Assembly (NCBI RefSeq): GCF_006345805.1
Contig: NC_043001.1
Location: forward strand, 25,110,001-25,174,000
Reading direction: 5' to 3'
Source of the DNA: Octopus sinensis
Lineage: Eukaryota
Length of the DNA stretch: 64,000 nucleotides
The notes under the pieces are model-generated. The model made no database searches, was not told where the DNA came from, and was given only the letters and a program-made list of their open reading frames with translations. The first letter of the stretch is position 1, and each line of letters opens with the position of its first letter. Position numbers and translations under genes: made by a program. This document shows positions 61,308-64,000 of this stretch, piece by piece.

Positions 61308-61715
61308 TTTATTTTTATTCTATTTTATCTAGTTTCAGCTCACGAGCTGTGGCCATGCTGGGGTACCGCCATTCGGTGTTGCTGCATGATTTTACATCAT
61401 GAATGCTTTTTAGCAATTGACATTTGGTGCATGAGAGAGTTTGATGCAGCAGCCCTCATCTGCTCCTCCTGCCATGAAGTTGGTTCATCTGGGACACCTG
61501 ACAGGAAGAGATCCAGTTTTATTTTAAAGACATCTGCATCCACCCCATGCAGGTCTCTCAGGTCCTTCGGGAGGATATTGAAGAGCTGTGGACCTCTGAA
61601 GCCCAGGCTATCACAGTATCTTGTCCTACATCTTGATGGCAAATTTGGAGTCCTTGGCACTCTGCAGTGGCACCCAGTTCTAGTATTTGTGTAACTCTCA
61701 ATGCCAAAGCTTGTA
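61308..61715 (-). mobile_element. CR1-like LINE 3' end
   Basis: GPQLFNILPKDLRDL...FKIKLDLFLSGVPDEP...AASNSL, a short UTR and an (ATAAA)n-type tail. Confidence 0.8.
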
Positions 61716-62559
61716 TACAATGCCAGATTTCTTCTTGTTTTCTTGAGTCATCGGAGATGATACACAGTCAAAAGTAAATATGTGATAATGTAAACCAATA
61801 CATGCAGACAGTTGCAAGAGTAGATGCAGCTCTGGTGTAAACTATAAGCAGCAGTAAAGTGATCAATTTCATAGCTTACCATTCCTTCCTGATCAAGTCT
61901 GCTATACTTATGAAAGCAGGATGTCTTCAGATCTATCTTTTATGCTTTTCTTTAGATTATTCCAACTGTCATTTCACAGCTATTGGAAGATTCTGGTTTA
62001 GTCTACACAAATGAAATGGCCAGACAATTGAAACTATACTGGAACAATTTTCATTTTGATGCCAGTATAGCCAGTTCTAATCCAGCACATTTACATAATT
62101 GACTAAGTATTTAAATGCAGAGATGTTCCAACAGCTAGCTGAGCAAACAGTACATGAATGAAGTGACAACTACAATACTGAATGCCTAGAATTTTATGGA
62201 AAGACAGTGCCCTCAAGGTTCATTTTCTAAGTACTTCTAGTATTCTCATGGGTATAATGAACTTCCACACAAAATCCAACTTACTAAGAATTTACAGTAT
62301 GCTTCTATTGATGTCATATCACTTCATCAGATAAATGAATACATATCCCACTGCAGAAACTATGTTTAACAAAACATTTTTTTCTAATCAATCTTTGGTT
62401 GGAAAAAGTTTGCAGCTTCTTATAAGAAAGCATTCATTCCATCAAATGTGATGAAGAATTACTAAGGGGACAAAGTGGCTATTTTGTAATCACTGGAAAT
62501 AATAAGTTTTGATGTAACATTTTTCTTTCTCTTTTACATTGTATATATATTTCAGCAAA

Positions 62560-62800
62560 GTTGACACCAACTTTATGCAAGCATGAAGACACGCGGGCAA
62601 AATACTGTTGCTCTAAATGAAAACCTTACCTGTCATTGTGGTTTTGTGGCATGAAGCAAAGCAGACCTTGTCCACTCAAGAAAACACATAGTAAATGATC
62701 CACAAGCACTTGAGCAAACTGAGCCCTCAACTTGTTCCATTTACTAAAAGGTTTGCAAGACACAAGCAGGCCTCAAGAGGCACATGTGTGTCCATAGAAC
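62560..62800 (+). pseudogene. Decayed C2H2-like fingers, probably a LINE (RTE-type) C-terminus
   Basis: TCHCGFVA*SKADLVH and TCSIY*KVCKTQAGLKRHMCVH with in-frame stops. Confidence 0.4.
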
Positions 62801-62888
62801 ATGATTACTGCTTTATTTTACTATTTACATTTGTTGTTCACAACAAGAGAATCAATCATCATATTTATATATATATATGATGTAGACA

Positions 62889-63187
62889 TAGGAGTGACTG
62901 TGTGGTAAGTAGCTTGCTTACCAACCACATGGTTCCAAGTTCGGTCCCACTGTGTGACACCTTGGGCAAGTGTCTTCTACTATAGCCTCGGGCCGACCAA
63001 AGCCTTGTGAGTGGATTTGGTAGACGGAAACTGAAAGAAGCCCGTCATATATATATATGTGTGTGTGTGTATGTTTGTCCCCCCAACATCGCTTGACAAC
63101 CAACGTGGGTGTGTTTACGTCCCCGTAACTTAGCGGTTCAGCAAAAGAGACCGATAGAATAAGTACTAGGCTTACAAAGAATAAGTA
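62889..63187 (+). mobile_element. SINE family A, 3'-truncated
   Basis: Family homology. Confidence 0.85.
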
Positions 63188-63189
63188 TT

Positions 63190-64000
63190 CCAGAATTTTT
63201 CAGGAGACATTTATTGAAGTACAAACAATTTCCTTCAAAGTAAAATCTTCTAACTTCAATGCACATGTAGCACTCCAGCCACTACATGAAGGCCTCATGG
63301 ATGTCATCAAGTGAAGGTGTCCAGGACTTTTTGTCACAACCTCCTTCATCTTCCTATACCTTCAAAACAATTGCCCCTTAGGTTCTCCTTCAGCTTGGGA
63401 AACAAGCAAAAGCTACAAGGAGAAGGTCTGGACTGTAGGGAGGGTGAGGGATAGGTTTGATGCCCATCCTTGTCGAATAGTTGCTTACCAGCATGGAATT
63501 GTGGACTGGTGCATTATCTTGGTGCAGGTGCCACTGACCTAAGCGGAAGAGGTCTGGCCTTTTGCAACAAAATCTTTTCCTTAACTCCCTCAAATCTTTA
63601 ACAAAGTACTACTTGTTGGCCCCCCTGGTCAGAGGGAATCCAGTGGATGTAGGTGTTGCCCTTACTGTCAAAAAAGGAGATCATCACGAGTTTCCAGGTG
63701 AACTTGCTTTGCCTGGCCTTCTTGGGTCTGGGGGAGCCAGGATGCTTCCATTGGGCACTCTTGGTCTCTGGATCATGTCAGTAGATTCAGCTTTCATCAC
63801 AGGCTACCAGAAACTCGTGTTCTCTTGGATACTGTCACCAACACACTTTTCCCTTTCCCTGTTTATCACTGACCACCCTAGGAACAAACTTTGTACAAAT
63901 TCAGTGTACAGTTGTCACACCAACTCCAGACTGCATGCTTGTCTTAATAGACACATGATGGTCTTCATCTAGAAAATTGCAAACTTTCTCAACTAGCTCA
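63190..64000 (-). mobile_element. mariner transposase remnant
   Basis: LRELRKRFCCKRPDLFRLGQWHLHQDNAPVH...PHPPYSPDL and GSPRPKKARQSKF motifs; frameshifted. Confidence 0.85.

Noticed and set aside
62560-62800. Host C2H2 zinc-finger gene exon
   Set aside because: In-frame stops, no TGEKP linkers; more like a decayed LINE C-terminus.

Overview
AT-rich, repeat-dominated eukaryotic DNA. The tRNA-type SINE heads and microsatellite load point to an octopus (coleoid cephalopod) genome; this is inference. No host protein-coding exon could be confidently identified, so the window is probably intronic or intergenic, and almost all ORF-track entries are microsatellite or transposon noise. It holds layered, decayed mobile elements: two copies of a Penelope-like element (PLE), a CRE-type restriction-like endonuclease fragment, RTE, R4/Dong, CR1 and Gypsy remnants, Tc1/mariner elements (DD37D/maT and mariner), hAT, pogo, piggyBac and Merlin-like MITEs, at least four SINE head families with interchangeable tails, and small hammerhead-like elements inside (TA)n. 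The most notable observations are: (1) a PLE RT joined on the same strand to a CRE-type RLE nuclease where the YIG half of GIY-YIG should be (6870-8270); (2) a PLE whose GIY and YIG motifs are separated by a ~150-codon Ser/Asn/Thr-rich loop once nested SINEs are removed (18330-21640); (3) one SINE head with four different tails; (4) a CR1/SINE 3' stem-loop with compensatory changes; (5) a 56-bp minisatellite born inside a MITE whose unexpanded form is also in the window. Coordinates were read by eye and repeat boundaries may be off by a few bases.
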